A stretch of DNA of 59,769 nucleotides, filler included. It is 6 parts of 6 records of this genome, joined end to end, with 100 filler letters (N's around TTAATTAATTAA, not from the genome) between each part and the next. Parts side by side here need not be neighbours in the genome. Positions count along the whole stretch, not along the records: positions 32,634 to 47,532 come from SRR31156797_7749; positions 47,633 to 54,131 come from SRR31156797_7750; 4 more parts are not named here. One strand, 5' to 3'. The notes below the pieces were generated by a model. The model saw only the letters and a program-made list of their open reading frames with translations. It was not told the DNA's origin and searched no databases. How positions within the stretch are numbered: position 1 is the stretch's first letter; the number at the start of each line of letters is the position of its first letter. Below, piece by piece: positions 39,991-48,951 of the stretch. The position numbers and the translations under genes were made by a program.

Positions 39991-41788
39991 ATTGAAATGG
40001 AATAAATATAATTATAAGAGCAAAAATTGCGAATAAAACTCTTAATAGAGGTTTTTGTTTATCATTTACTAAAGCATTTGAAATAAGCCATAAACCAAGG
40101 GCTATTTTTACAAATGACATTAAGGCAAATGAGAAGTGAGTATCTGGTTTAATTAAATATGGGTTTACAATAAATGCCATAGGAATAATATATAAACCAA
40201 TACCTAGTTTCATAGCTTTTCCTGCAACTTTTAACCAATTTGTTTGTGCTATTCCAGAAGCAATAAATACTGTTCCACAAACAGGTGGTGTAATAGTTGA
40301 TAAAAGAGCAAACCAGAAAATAAATAAGTGAGCTTGAATAGCACTTAATCCATAATCTTGAAGTATTGGTCCAGCAATTGAAACACAGATAATATATGCT
40401 GCTGTTGTAGGAACTTCCATTCCTAAGATTAAACAAGCAAGTGCAGTTAGTAATAGTGCTGCAAATAGTTCACCATTTGATAAAAACAAAATTGCAGATG
40501 TAATCTTAACTCCCACTCCTGTTACGTTTAAAACACCAATGATAATACCTGCACAAATGATAACAGAAGCAATTGTAGCAATCTGTCTTGAAGCAGTAAT
40601 ACAACCATCTAAAAACTTGATGATAAAATCTTTAAATGATACTTTCCACTCTCTATTTACAAGTAATAAAAATACTGAAGCAAAGATTGCTAAAGCAGCT
40701 GAAAACTGTGGAGTTTTTCCAATAACTAAAAGTGCATATAAAAGTATCCCAAAAGGAATCACAAAAAATGGACTAAGTCTTAAAACTATATTTAGTTTTG
40801 GAATATCTTCATCGCTCATTGCTATAAGCTTATACTTTTTAGCAAAAACATCAATTCCAATCCATACAGTAAAGAAAAATAAAATAGCAGGAAATATTGC
40901 AGCTGCCATAATTGAAGAGTATTGAACTCCCAATAACTCAGCCATAATAAAAGCCCCTGCTCCCATAAGTGGAGGCATAATTTGTCCACCTGTACTAGCA
41001 ACTGCTTCTGTAGCACCTGCTAGGCTTGAAGGGTATTTTAGTTTTTTCATAGTTGGAATAGTAAAGGCTCCTGTTGAAGCAACATTTGCAGAAGCAGAAC
41101 CAGAAATAGAACCAAAAAATGCAGATGCTAAAACAGATACTTTAGCTGCTCCACCTCTTAGTCTTCCTGCTATTTTTGTTGATAAAGACATGAAAGCATT
41201 TCCACCTTCACCAACTCCAACAAAAGCTCCTAAGATAACAAATACTGCAACAACATTTACAGAAACCCCTGTAAGACTTCCATAAATACCACCTTCTGCA
41301 ATAACAAGTGTTCCTAAAAAACTATCCATAGGTATTTCTTGATGACCAAAATCCCCAGGAATAAGATGCCCAAAAAATCCATAGGCTAAAGCAATTGCAG
41401 CAGTTAAAGGAAGTGCAAGTTTTACAGCACGTCTTGCCATTTCTAAAACAGCTAAGATTAAACTTATTGCTACAAAATATTGTAAATTGCCTTCTAGTGA
41501 ACCATATTGTTCTTCTAAATAAGAGTAGTTAGTAACTATATAATAAGAAGAAAACATAGCACAAACTAATAAGATATATCCTATATATTTAGTAAACTTT
41601 GATATGTTTTCATCAGTTGTAAGCAGAAAAACCCAAGGTAATACCAATGCTAAGTGAATTGGTCTACTTACTAAATTTGGCATTAGACCTGTAAAAATTA
41701 AATAGATATGAAATCCAACGGTAAATAAAGCTAAAGCAGCTACTATCACATACTTTGGTGATAGTAACTTTTTATTTGTTTCTTGCAT
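39989..41788 (-). CDS. TRAP transporter fused 4TM/12TM permease (TAXI type)
   Basis: GGAAKVSV, SGSASANV..TG.FTIP, STGGQIMPPLMGAGAF, LGMEVPTTAAY, ITPPV. Confidence 0.93.
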   Translation of the reverse strand: MQETNKKLLSPKYVIVAALALFTVGFHIYLIFTGLMPNLVSRPIHLALVLPWVFLLTTDENISKFTKYIGYILLVCAMFSSYYIVTNYSYLEEQYGSLEGNLQYFVAISLILAVLEMARRAVKLALPLTAAIALAYGFFGHLIPGDFGHQEIPMDSFLGTLVIAEGGIYGSLTGVSVNVVAVFVILGAFVGVGEGGNAFMSLSTKIAGRLRGGAAKVSVLASAFFGSISGSASANVASTGAFTIPTMKKLKYPSSLAGATEAVASTGGQIMPPLMGAGAFIMAELLGVQYSSIMAAAIFPAILFFFTVWIGIDVFAKKYKLIAMSDEDIPKLNIVLRLSPFFVIPFGILLYALLVIGKTPQFSAALAIFASVFLLLVNREWKVSFKDFIIKFLDGCITASRQIATIASVIICAGIIIGVLNVTGVGVKITSAILFLSNGELFAALLLTALACLILGMEVPTTAAYIICVSIAGPILQDYGLSAIQAHLFIFWFALLSTITPPVCGTVFIASGIAQTNWLKVAGKAMKLGIGLYIIPMAFIVNPYLIKPDTHFSFALMSFVKIALGLWLISNALVNDKQKPLLRVLFAIFALIIIFIPFQ

Positions 41789-41799
41789 ATACTAAACTC

Positions 41800-42750
41800 T
41801 TATTTGATACTCTCAGGAATAGTTGCATTTACTTCGTTGTAGTACTTTAATGCACCTTTATGAAGTTTAGTTTTAAACATATCTAGGTTGTTAAAAGTAA
41901 TAGCTTTCCACCAGATATTTTGTTTTTCTAATGCAGGTTTTGATTCCCAAAATGCTTTTGTAAGTTTGTATGCTGTCTCTTCACTCATATTTGTAGTTGT
42001 ATAAACTCCAACAGGTAAAGTTGTTGTTGCAATCTCTTCTTCAACACCAGAATAAGTTCCTGATGGAATAATAAGTTTATCTCTTTTTGTAAGAGCAATT
42101 TGCTCATCACTCATAGAAAGAAGTTTGATTTTTGTACTTGCTGCTGCTTCAATTACATTTGGAGCAGGATATGAACCTGATGTTGCAAATCCATCAATTT
42201 GACCATTTTTAAGTGCTGATACTGCACCTGAAAGTTCTGCACCTACAAGTTTAACATCATCTTTTAGACCAAATACTTCAATGTATTTTTTGGCTTCTCT
42301 TGCACCATAACTTCCTTTACCAATAAGTAAAGACTTACCTTTTAAATCTTCAAAGCTATTAATTCCTGAATCAGCTTTTACAACCATATGCATTGTAAGG
42401 TATGGAATAGGAAATAGTGATCTTACTTTTTCATAATCAGCTGGATTGTCTCTTTTGAACATTGCTTTTTGAGACTTTGCTAGTTTAAGTAAAACAGGAG
42501 GTGTAGTAAACACATAGTTACCAGTTCTTTTTCTAACTTCTTTTACGTTTTGAACAGAACCTTGACTCTCTTCGATTGTTATACTTAACTCTTTGTTAGT
42601 AAGTCTAGTTGCATTTTCTCCAACTTGTACTGCCATTTGGTAGTATGAAGATGAAGATTTCGCTGCTTTTAGTGTCAATCTTTCAGCTGCATTTGCAGAT
42701 ACTGCTACTGCAAAAATAGTAGCTATTGATAGTATTTTTGATAATTTCAT
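41800..42750 (-). CDS. TAXI-family TRAP solute-binding protein
   Basis: Likely ATG 42750; SQGSVQN, DLKGK, ALKNGQIDG, LHKGALKYY. Confidence 0.9.
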   Translation of the reverse strand: MKLSKILSIATIFAVAVSANAAERLTLKAAKSSSSYYQMAVQVGENATRLTNKELSITIEESQGSVQNVKEVRKRTGNYVFTTPPVLLKLAKSQKAMFKRDNPADYEKVRSLFPIPYLTMHMVVKADSGINSFEDLKGKSLLIGKGSYGAREAKKYIEVFGLKDDVKLVGAELSGAVSALKNGQIDGFATSGSYPAPNVIEAAASTKIKLLSMSDEQIALTKRDKLIIPSGTYSGVEEEIATTTLPVGVYTTTNMSEETAYKLTKAFWESKPALEKQNIWWKAITFNNLDMFKTKLHKGALKYYNEVNATIPESIK

Positions 42751-42923
42751 GTTTCTCCCTGTCATAAAATGTGAAAAATTATAACAAGAGTTTTTTAAAC
42801 TAGCTTGGAATTTGCCATTTTTACATTGTAAAAGTTACATTTTGTCAATAAAATTGTATATTTATTATCTAAAAATTATTTTGACTGATTTTGTACTGTT
42901 TATCAAATAATTTTAAAGTTATT

Positions 42924-43742
42924 TTATAGACTACTATTTCTTAGGTATTCATGGATAATAGGAAGATAATCTTTTCTACAAATCAAATGTGTATCAAGAT
43001 GGTTTTCTATATCTGTAGTTTTCACCTTATTTGTATAACCAAATTTCTCTATAATCTTTGGAGATAAAAGACCTATTCCAAAACCTGCTTTTATACAACC
43101 AAGTATTAACTCAAAGTTTTCTAGCTCTACTGTTTTGTAGTTTTCTTCTCTTGTATTTTTAATATAACTTTCTAAAGTAGCACAGTTTGCACAAGACTTT
43201 TTAAATACAAAACAAGTTTTTTGAGGCTCTTTGTCTTTTGGTTCAACTAAAACCATCTTCTCTTCAAAGACATTTAAAACCTCTATGTCTTTATGGTGTG
43301 GGTTTCCATTTACAAAAGCTACATCAAGTTTATAATCCAATAGTTTATCTATCAAGTTTAAACTACTATCTACTGTAAACTCTAAATTCATTTCTTTAAA
43401 ATCATTATTTAATTTTTCTAAAAATGGCATCAAACTACTTGTAGTAAAAGTTTGTGTTGAACCTATCTTAAGTACTTCTTGGTAGTCTATATTTCTCATA
43501 TGAACTTGGGCTTCTTCAACTTTTTTTATGATATCTATGGCATAAGGAAAAAGTTTTTCTCCCTCATTTGTAAGAATAACTCCTCTATTTGTTCTATGAA
43601 AAAGTGAGTAGCCTATATTTTTTTCCAGCTGTTTTATTCGTAAAGTTACGTTTGATTGAGTAAACTCCAACTCTTTTGCTGCTTGTGAAATAGAGTTTGT
43701 ATTTGCAACTGTTATAAATACTTTTAATAAATTTGAGTCCAT
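42924..43742 (-). CDS. LysR-family transcriptional regulator
   Basis: SISQAAKEL..TQSNVT.RIKQLE...G..LF.R..RG. Confidence 0.95.
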   Translation of the reverse strand: MDSNLLKVFITVANTNSISQAAKELEFTQSNVTLRIKQLEKNIGYSLFHRTNRGVILTNEGEKLFPYAIDIIKKVEEAQVHMRNIDYQEVLKIGSTQTFTTSSLMPFLEKLNNDFKEMNLEFTVDSSLNLIDKLLDYKLDVAFVNGNPHHKDIEVLNVFEEKMVLVEPKDKEPQKTCFVFKKSCANCATLESYIKNTREENYKTVELENFELILGCIKAGFGIGLLSPKIIEKFGYTNKVKTTDIENHLDTHLICRKDYLPIIHEYLRNSSL

Positions 43743-43751
43743 TTTTAACCT

Positions 43752-44495
43752 TTAAAATTCAACTGTTTGAAAAACTAATACCCATGCAATAATAAACAAT
43801 AAGACTTTTAATATCTTTGCATAAAATTTTGCATCTATTTTTTTCTTTATTTTTATTCCAAAATAAAGACCAATAGCAACTATAAACATGCTTGCAAATG
43901 ATATTTGTACTGCTTGAGAACTAAACTCTCCAAAATAAACAAAAGTAGCAACCTGCCCTACTTTTGTAAAAAGAAAACATAAATTTGATAGTTGAATTGT
44001 ATCTTTTTTTGAGTATTTTAACTCTAAAGTATACATAATAGTAAGAGGTGCAACTACATTTGTAAGTCCAGATACAACTCCTCCTACAAGTCCCAACCCA
44101 TAAGTTGAAGACTTAGGATAATCTGCTATAAAGCTAGCTCTTAATTTAACTAATGACTGGAAAAGATAAAAGAATATTATAAATGCAAGAATAAGTTTAA
44201 AATACTCAGAGTTGTAATAAACCAAGATATATGTTCCAACTACACTTCCTATAACCATAAGTAAAATGATAAGCCAAAACTTCCGTAAAGCTTCAAAAAA
44301 CTTACCCTCGCTTAGTATGCTTACAAGATTTACTATCATTGTTGGGATTATTATATATGTGATTGTTGTTTGAATATCTGCAAAAAGTGCAACTACTGGA
44401 GTTGAAATAAGACCAAAACCAAAACCTATACTTCCATGTATAAAAGAAGAAATAAGAATAACTAGGGTAAAAACGATTATAAAATCTGTTTCCAT
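43752..44495 (-). CDS. TSUP/TauE-SafE family sulfite-exporter-like permease
   Basis: Likely ATG 44495; G.IGFGFG, about 8 TM helices. Confidence 0.85.
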   Translation of the reverse strand: METDFIIVFTLVILISSFIHGSIGFGFGLISTPVVALFADIQTTITYIIIPTMIVNLVSILSEGKFFEALRKFWLIILLMVIGSVVGTYILVYYNSEYFKLILAFIIFFYLFQSLVKLRASFIADYPKSSTYGLGLVGGVVSGLTNVVAPLTIMYTLELKYSKKDTIQLSNLCFLFTKVGQVATFVYFGEFSSQAVQISFASMFIVAIGLYFGIKIKKKIDAKFYAKILKVLLFIIAWVLVFQTVEF

Positions 44496-44594
44496 ATGAC
44501 TACCTTTAATATTACATATAACTATGAGTAATACCAAATAGTATTACTAAGTATTATATCTGAGTTTTATAAAGGTAGCCTAAAATATAATTTG

Positions 44595-45215
44595 TTAGTT
44601 AATTTTCTCTACTCTCTCTTGAAAGTTCTCATCATAATAACTTAAGAATAAATCAAAATCTACAAACTCTTTTATATCATTTAAATATGTGATTAGGTTT
44701 TCTTTGTTTGTAAACTCTTTTGCAAACTCATCTTTTAACTTGATATAAATAACAGTTCCTGAGTAATCTTCATTTATACAAGGAGCTATATCAAAACTAT
44801 TTAGGTCTGAGATAAACTTGTGCGCTGTATCTTCTTTGTGTTTTTTTGAGATGATACTTATTTTTTGTGCTAAGGCAAAAATAAAATATAAACCAAGCTC
44901 TTTTTCAACTAAAGAATTATCTAATAGTACTTTTTCTACTTTGTTATATGAGCTTTCAGTTACAAAAGAGTTTAACTCCTCTTTGCTCATACCAATACCA
45001 TTATCAACAATAGTTATAGAACTATCACTTGGCTCAAAATATACTTCCATCATAGCTTCAAAGTCTGCTTCTTTGTCTTCACAGTTTTCTTTTGTATGTA
45101 AAGCTTTGTTTGCATTTAAAAGTAACTCTTTTAAAAATAGCTCTTTTTTAAATATACTATTTTTTAATATAGATAGATAGTTTTCTATTTGTTCAATATT
45201 TTTATATTTATTCAT
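44595..45215 (-). CDS. Stand-alone, degenerate HtpG/Hsp90 N-terminal GHKL domain
   Basis: KELFLKELLLNANKAL, TIVDNGIGMSKEEL, SGTVIYIKLK; ATG 45215 after GGAG; ends after about 206 aa. Confidence 0.78.
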   Translation of the reverse strand: MNKYKNIEQIENYLSILKNSIFKKELFLKELLLNANKALHTKENCEDKEADFEAMMEVYFEPSDSSITIVDNGIGMSKEELNSFVTESSYNKVEKVLLDNSLVEKELGLYFIFALAQKISIISKKHKEDTAHKFISDLNSFDIAPCINEDYSGTVIYIKLKDEFAKEFTNKENLITYLNDIKEFVDFDLFLSYYDENFQERVEKIN

Positions 45216-45432
45216 TTTATTCTCCAAATTTAAAAATGTAATATTAGCTTAAGTTATTTGTTAAATAATTATTTATATAAGGTAAAATTATTTGAAAGAA
45301 TATTTTAAATCTATTATGTCATAATTGTATTCACATAAAAAACTTACAAAATTTTGAATATATATTCAAAAATACTCCGATACACTAAAACTTTAGATAC
45401 AATTGCAAAAATATAAAAATCAAAGGTAAGAC

Positions 45433-45768
45433 TTGAAAAAGACTTTTAAATTAAAGCAAGAAAACAAACACCCTGATAGAGTTGTAGATTCTATTAAATA
45501 TGAAGTAAGAAAATATATCAAAAGAGAAAAAAGAAAAACTCTTCCAGAAGATAAAGATTTTTGGTTTTTCGATTGTAAATTTGCAATAGGTGATGATGAA
45601 CCTAAAGTAATAGAGTTTGCAGATATCACAAAATCTATTGATGAAGCAGCTAAATCTGAAGCTGAAACTTTTTACCTAGAAATACTTGCAAGAGCAGAAA
45701 AAAGACCTGAGAAAGAAGAGGAAACTGAAGAGGTTGAATCTGAAGATGAGGATAGTTTAGAAAACTAA
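45433..45768 (+). CDS. DUF6172-like small protein
   Basis: TTG start; IKYEVRKYIKREKRKTLPE.KDFWFFDCKF; acidic tail. Confidence 0.75.
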   Translation: MKKTFKLKQENKHPDRVVDSIKYEVRKYIKREKRKTLPEDKDFWFFDCKFAIGDDEPKVIEFADITKSIDEAAKSEAETFYLEILARAEKRPEKEEETEEVESEDEDSLEN

Positions 45769-45775
45769 TCTTAGA

Positions 45776-47092
45776 TTAGTTTTCCTCTACACTTTCATTG
45801 TGCTTTTCAAAGATATCAATATATCTTAAAAGCCTCTCTTTAACTACTCCGTCTTCAAAAGAGTTTGCCCAATCTTTCAGTGGTTCAAAAAGCCATGCTT
45901 TAGGAAATAATATTTTACTATATGATTTTTTCCATTTCTTAATGTTTTCATCTTGGTCAAAATCTACGGCTTGTTCTAAAATTATTAAAGATTTAAAAGA
46001 CATTTTTTCTTCTTTTGTATCTTTTAACAAGTCAAGGCATAAATTTATTTCCTCTTCATTATTTTTGTTATTTAATATTAAATTTAATTCAAATTTATTT
46101 ATTAATGCATAAGTTATATCTTTTTTACTACCTATTGAAAAACCATTAAACTCATAAATTAGTTTATTATAAACTTCGATTGCTTTTAATGATTTACCAA
46201 TAATAGACAAACTAGCTCCCTTATTATATAAAGAAGATATAACCATTTCTAATATTTGATTATTATTAGATTTAATATAATTATCAATCACAAAATCAAA
46301 ACACTCTAATGCACTTTTATGTTTTTTATTCTTTGCTAAAGCAATACCCTTATAAGTCAACCCTTGAACTTTATCTAATTCAGTTGTTGCATTATTCAGT
46401 GCATTTTCAATAAAAAGCAATGAATTTTCAAAATCTTCTAAATAATAAGCATTAAAAAACTTTGACTTCCAATCATCAAATGTATATTTTTCTTTTTCTT
46501 TATGTTCTAATATTTCATTAACTTTTTCAAGTGTTTCTCGTTGATTCTCTGTTAATTTTTTATCTATGTTTAAATCATTAACTTGCTTTTGATAAAATTT
46601 TAAAGCTTTATCTTCTATATTACTTAATAATTCATTTCCTTCTTTATGTATTGGCTCAAGAATTTTATCTTTATTTTTATTTATCCACTCATCTACTTTT
46701 TCAAGATGCTTTTTATTTGATACATAAAAAAATGTTCCTGTAAACAATAAAAGAATAACAGTAATTAAAATGCCAACTACTGTTACACTTATTGACAATT
46801 TGTCTACATGAGAATTTATATCTTCTATTCTATTATTTTGATAATTTATTTCTCTTTGTAAATCTTCTTTATTTACATAATTTTTTAACTTTTTCTCTAA
46901 ATCTTTTATCTCATTCTCTTTTTGAATTATCTGTCCCACTATAAGAGTGATTTTCTCATCATTTATTTTTTGAGCATACTCTTGTGAAGTTTTTATTTCA
47001 TATATTTGTTGATTTATTTTTTCATCTGAAGCTTCTAAAAAAGAGACAAAAATTAAAGAGAGTAATACCATAAAGAAAAAGTTTTTAAACAT
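45776..47092 (-). CDS. Membrane-anchored coiled-coil/TPR protein
   Basis: Signal peptide, coiled coil, TM helix, cytoplasmic TPR-like repeats (YKGIAL, YNKGASL). Confidence 0.75.
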   Translation of the reverse strand: MFKNFFFMVLLSLIFVSFLEASDEKINQQIYEIKTSQEYAQKINDEKITLIVGQIIQKENEIKDLEKKLKNYVNKEDLQREINYQNNRIEDINSHVDKLSISVTVVGILITVILLLFTGTFFYVSNKKHLEKVDEWINKNKDKILEPIHKEGNELLSNIEDKALKFYQKQVNDLNIDKKLTENQRETLEKVNEILEHKEKEKYTFDDWKSKFFNAYYLEDFENSLLFIENALNNATTELDKVQGLTYKGIALAKNKKHKSALECFDFVIDNYIKSNNNQILEMVISSLYNKGASLSIIGKSLKAIEVYNKLIYEFNGFSIGSKKDITYALINKFELNLILNNKNNEEEINLCLDLLKDTKEEKMSFKSLIILEQAVDFDQDENIKKWKKSYSKILFPKAWLFEPLKDWANSFEDGVVKERLLRYIDIFEKHNESVEEN

Positions 47093-47199
47093 AATAAATA
47101 ATCCTATTAAAAATTTGAATTATATTTTATTATTATTTGTCTATGTTAGGGATTAATTTTTGTATATTTATGAGTTCAACATTTTTAATTATATTAAAG

Positions 47200-47323
47200 A
47201 AAAGAACTAGTTGTATGTAGATTTAAGGCAAAAGTGGTTTTTATCGAAAGGAGTTTACAATCAGTAAATGACTTGAGAGAAAAACTACTTGCAACGCATA
47301 AGATGCGTGCAAATAGTTCTTTT
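47200..47323 (+). repeat. 124-bp palindromic intergenic element (MITE/RPE-like or structured RNA)
   Basis: AAAAGAACTA...TAGTTCTTTT termini; inner stems TTGTATGTA/TGCGTGCAA, AAGTGGTTTTT/AAAAACTACTT, GTTTAC/GTAAAT. Confidence 0.7.
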
Positions 47324-47327
47324 ATTT

Positions 47328-47532
47328 CTATAATGCTTTTGCAGTGATTCTTGATAATCTCTGAGCGAATGATACCGCATCAGTAATTTCCATACCTTCA
47401 GACAGTTTAGCTTGGTCTAACAGTACCCATGATACATCATCAATCATTTTATCATCAGCACAACCATTTAACTTCTTAACAATCTCATGGTCAGGGTTGA
47501 TTTCTAAGATTGGAGCAGTTTCTGGCATCTCT
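47328..47532 (-). CDS. htpG: Chaperone HtpG, C-terminal end
   Basis: PILEINPDH.IV..L....LLDQA.L.EG....D...FA.RL. Confidence 0.9.
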
Positions 47533-47632
47533 NNNNNNNNNNNNNNNNNNNNNNNNNNNNNNNNNNNNNNNNNNNNTTAATTAATTAANNNNNNNNNNNN
47601 NNNNNNNNNNNNNNNNNNNNNNNNNNNNNNNN
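47533..47632. other. Artificial contig linker
   Basis: N44-TTAATTAATTAA-N44. Confidence 0.99.
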
Positions 47633-47797
47633 GGAAGTGATAGATGTTATAAAAAAGCTTGGCCTTTAGAAGAGATTTTAGACCTATTTAAAAAAGAAAG
47701 AGGAAAACACTTTGACCCTAAATTAGTTGATTTACTTTTTGAAAATATAGATGAAGTAGTATATATTAGAGACAAATATAAAGATATCTTTGATTAA
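47633..47797 (+). CDS. HD-GYP protein, C-terminal fragment
   Basis: Manual translation GSDRCYKKAWPLEEILDLFKKERGKHFDPKLVDLLFENIDEV...*; matches the end of 1922-3319. Confidence 0.85.
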   Translation, partial: GSDRCYKKAWPLEEILDLFKKERGKHFDPKLVDLLFENIDEVVYIRDKYKDIFD

Positions 47798-47817
47798 ATA
47801 GCTTTACCTTTCAAAAT

Positions 47818-47871
47818 TCCATATTAACTCCTCACACACTGCATATTGAGTCCATATTAAACCTTTATAAT
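47818..47871 (+). promoter_or_regulatory. 11-bp-period direct repeats (OmpR/PhoB-type boxes) upstream of TATAAT
   Basis: TCCATATTAAC/TCCTCACACAC/TGCATATTGAG/TCCATATTAAA, then TATAAT at 47866. Confidence 0.6.
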
Positions 47872-47901
47872 ACTACATATCAAAACAAAAAGGATTTAAT
47901 T

Positions 47902-48120
47902 ATGAAAAAACTTGTAACTTCAATTTTAGGAGCTACTTTACTAGCTGGTTCAGTTTTTGCAGCGGGCAATCAAGGAATGTCAGATATGAGTCATTCAAAA
48001 ATGAATAAGGACCATGTTCAAAAATGTGAAGCTTTTATGCAAAAATATCAAGTAAGTCAAAGTAGTTGGACTCCTCCTACAAATATACTTACAGATTTAT
48101 ATCAAGCATCTGAAAACTAG
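47902..48120 (+). CDS. Small secreted Met/His-rich protein
   Basis: AAGGA SD, signal peptide MKKLVTSILGATLLAGSVFA, own promoter and terminator. Confidence 0.8.
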   Translation: MKKLVTSILGATLLAGSVFAAGNQGMSDMSHSKMNKDHVQKCEAFMQKYQVSQSSWTPPTNILTDLYQASEN

Positions 48121-48150
48121 TCTTTTATTATCTAGTCTCCTTTCTCCTTT

Positions 48151-48186
48151 AAACCTTCAAGATATTTTTTCTTGAAGGTTTTTTTT
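48151..48186. terminator. Intrinsic (likely bidirectional) terminator
   Basis: AAACCTTCAAGA-loop-TCTTGAAGGTTT + T run. Confidence 0.85.
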
Positions 48187-48188
48187 GA

Positions 48189-48854
48189 TTAAAAATTATC
48201 ATTTAGCTTATAGCCTATTCCTTTAATAGTAGTAATACACTCTTTTCCTAGCACTTTTCGTAAATTTTTAATATAAGTTCTAATAGTTGTTGCTGTTGGT
48301 ATTTCATCATAAACCCAGTTGTTCAATGATATTTCTTCAATTGATACAATTTTGTTTTTATTTTTTATAAAAAATTCTAAAATTTTTGATTCAATCTTTG
48401 GAAGAGTGTATGTTTTTTCATTAACTTTAAGTAGTTTAGAATCATAGTTATACTCAATATGTTTATTTATTTTTATAGTTCCCATTGAATCAATATTTCT
48501 TAGTCTTTTTATATTGTTTAGACGTGCTTTTAATTCACTTAGTTGAAATGGTTTTTTTAAATAATCATCTGCTCCTGCATCAAATCCAATTTCAACATCT
48601 CGTGCAGTATGTAATGATGTTATAAAAATAGCAGGAATATCAATTTTATTTTGTTTTAGTGTTTTTAATAAATCTAATCCTGTCAAAGATGGAACATTTA
48701 CATCTAAAATAAGAAACTGAAAAGACTCTTCATAAATACGTTCTAATGCCTCTTGTCCATCATATGTAGTAACAACATTGTATTTTAGAGAAATCAAATA
48801 CTCTTCTATTATCTCATTTAGTAGAATATCATCTTCAAGTAAAAGTATTTTCAT
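48189..48854 (-). CDS. Orphan OmpR-family response regulator
   Basis: LLEDD, LDVNVP, GADDYLKKPF, TIRTYIKNLRK, GIGY. Confidence 0.92.
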   Translation of the reverse strand: MKILLLEDDILLNEIIEEYLISLKYNVVTTYDGQEALERIYEESFQFLILDVNVPSLTGLDLLKTLKQNKIDIPAIFITSLHTARDVEIGFDAGADDYLKKPFQLSELKARLNNIKRLRNIDSMGTIKINKHIEYNYDSKLLKVNEKTYTLPKIESKILEFFIKNKNKIVSIEEISLNNWVYDEIPTATTIRTYIKNLRKVLGKECITTIKGIGYKLNDNF

Positions 48855-48951
48855 TTTAGTTTTGGTCCTTTAATTTGTTGAGAAATAATATGAAATTTAT
48901 GAGGATTGAGTGTGGATATGTTATAATCCCAAAAAAACAGTAAGGATTTAT

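Noticed and set aside
42802-42817. GG-N10-GC sigma54-like motif (TGGCAAATTCCAAGCT, minus strand) upstream of the TAXI gene
   Set aside because: The -12 box is AAGC rather than TTGC, and a TATAAT lies closer to the start; sigma70 is the simpler explanation
44595-47532. Idea that the mini-HtpG and the htpG C-terminus are two halves of one split gene
   Set aside because: On the minus strand the C-terminal piece lies upstream of the N-domain ORF and is simply cut by the contig end; they are separate genes
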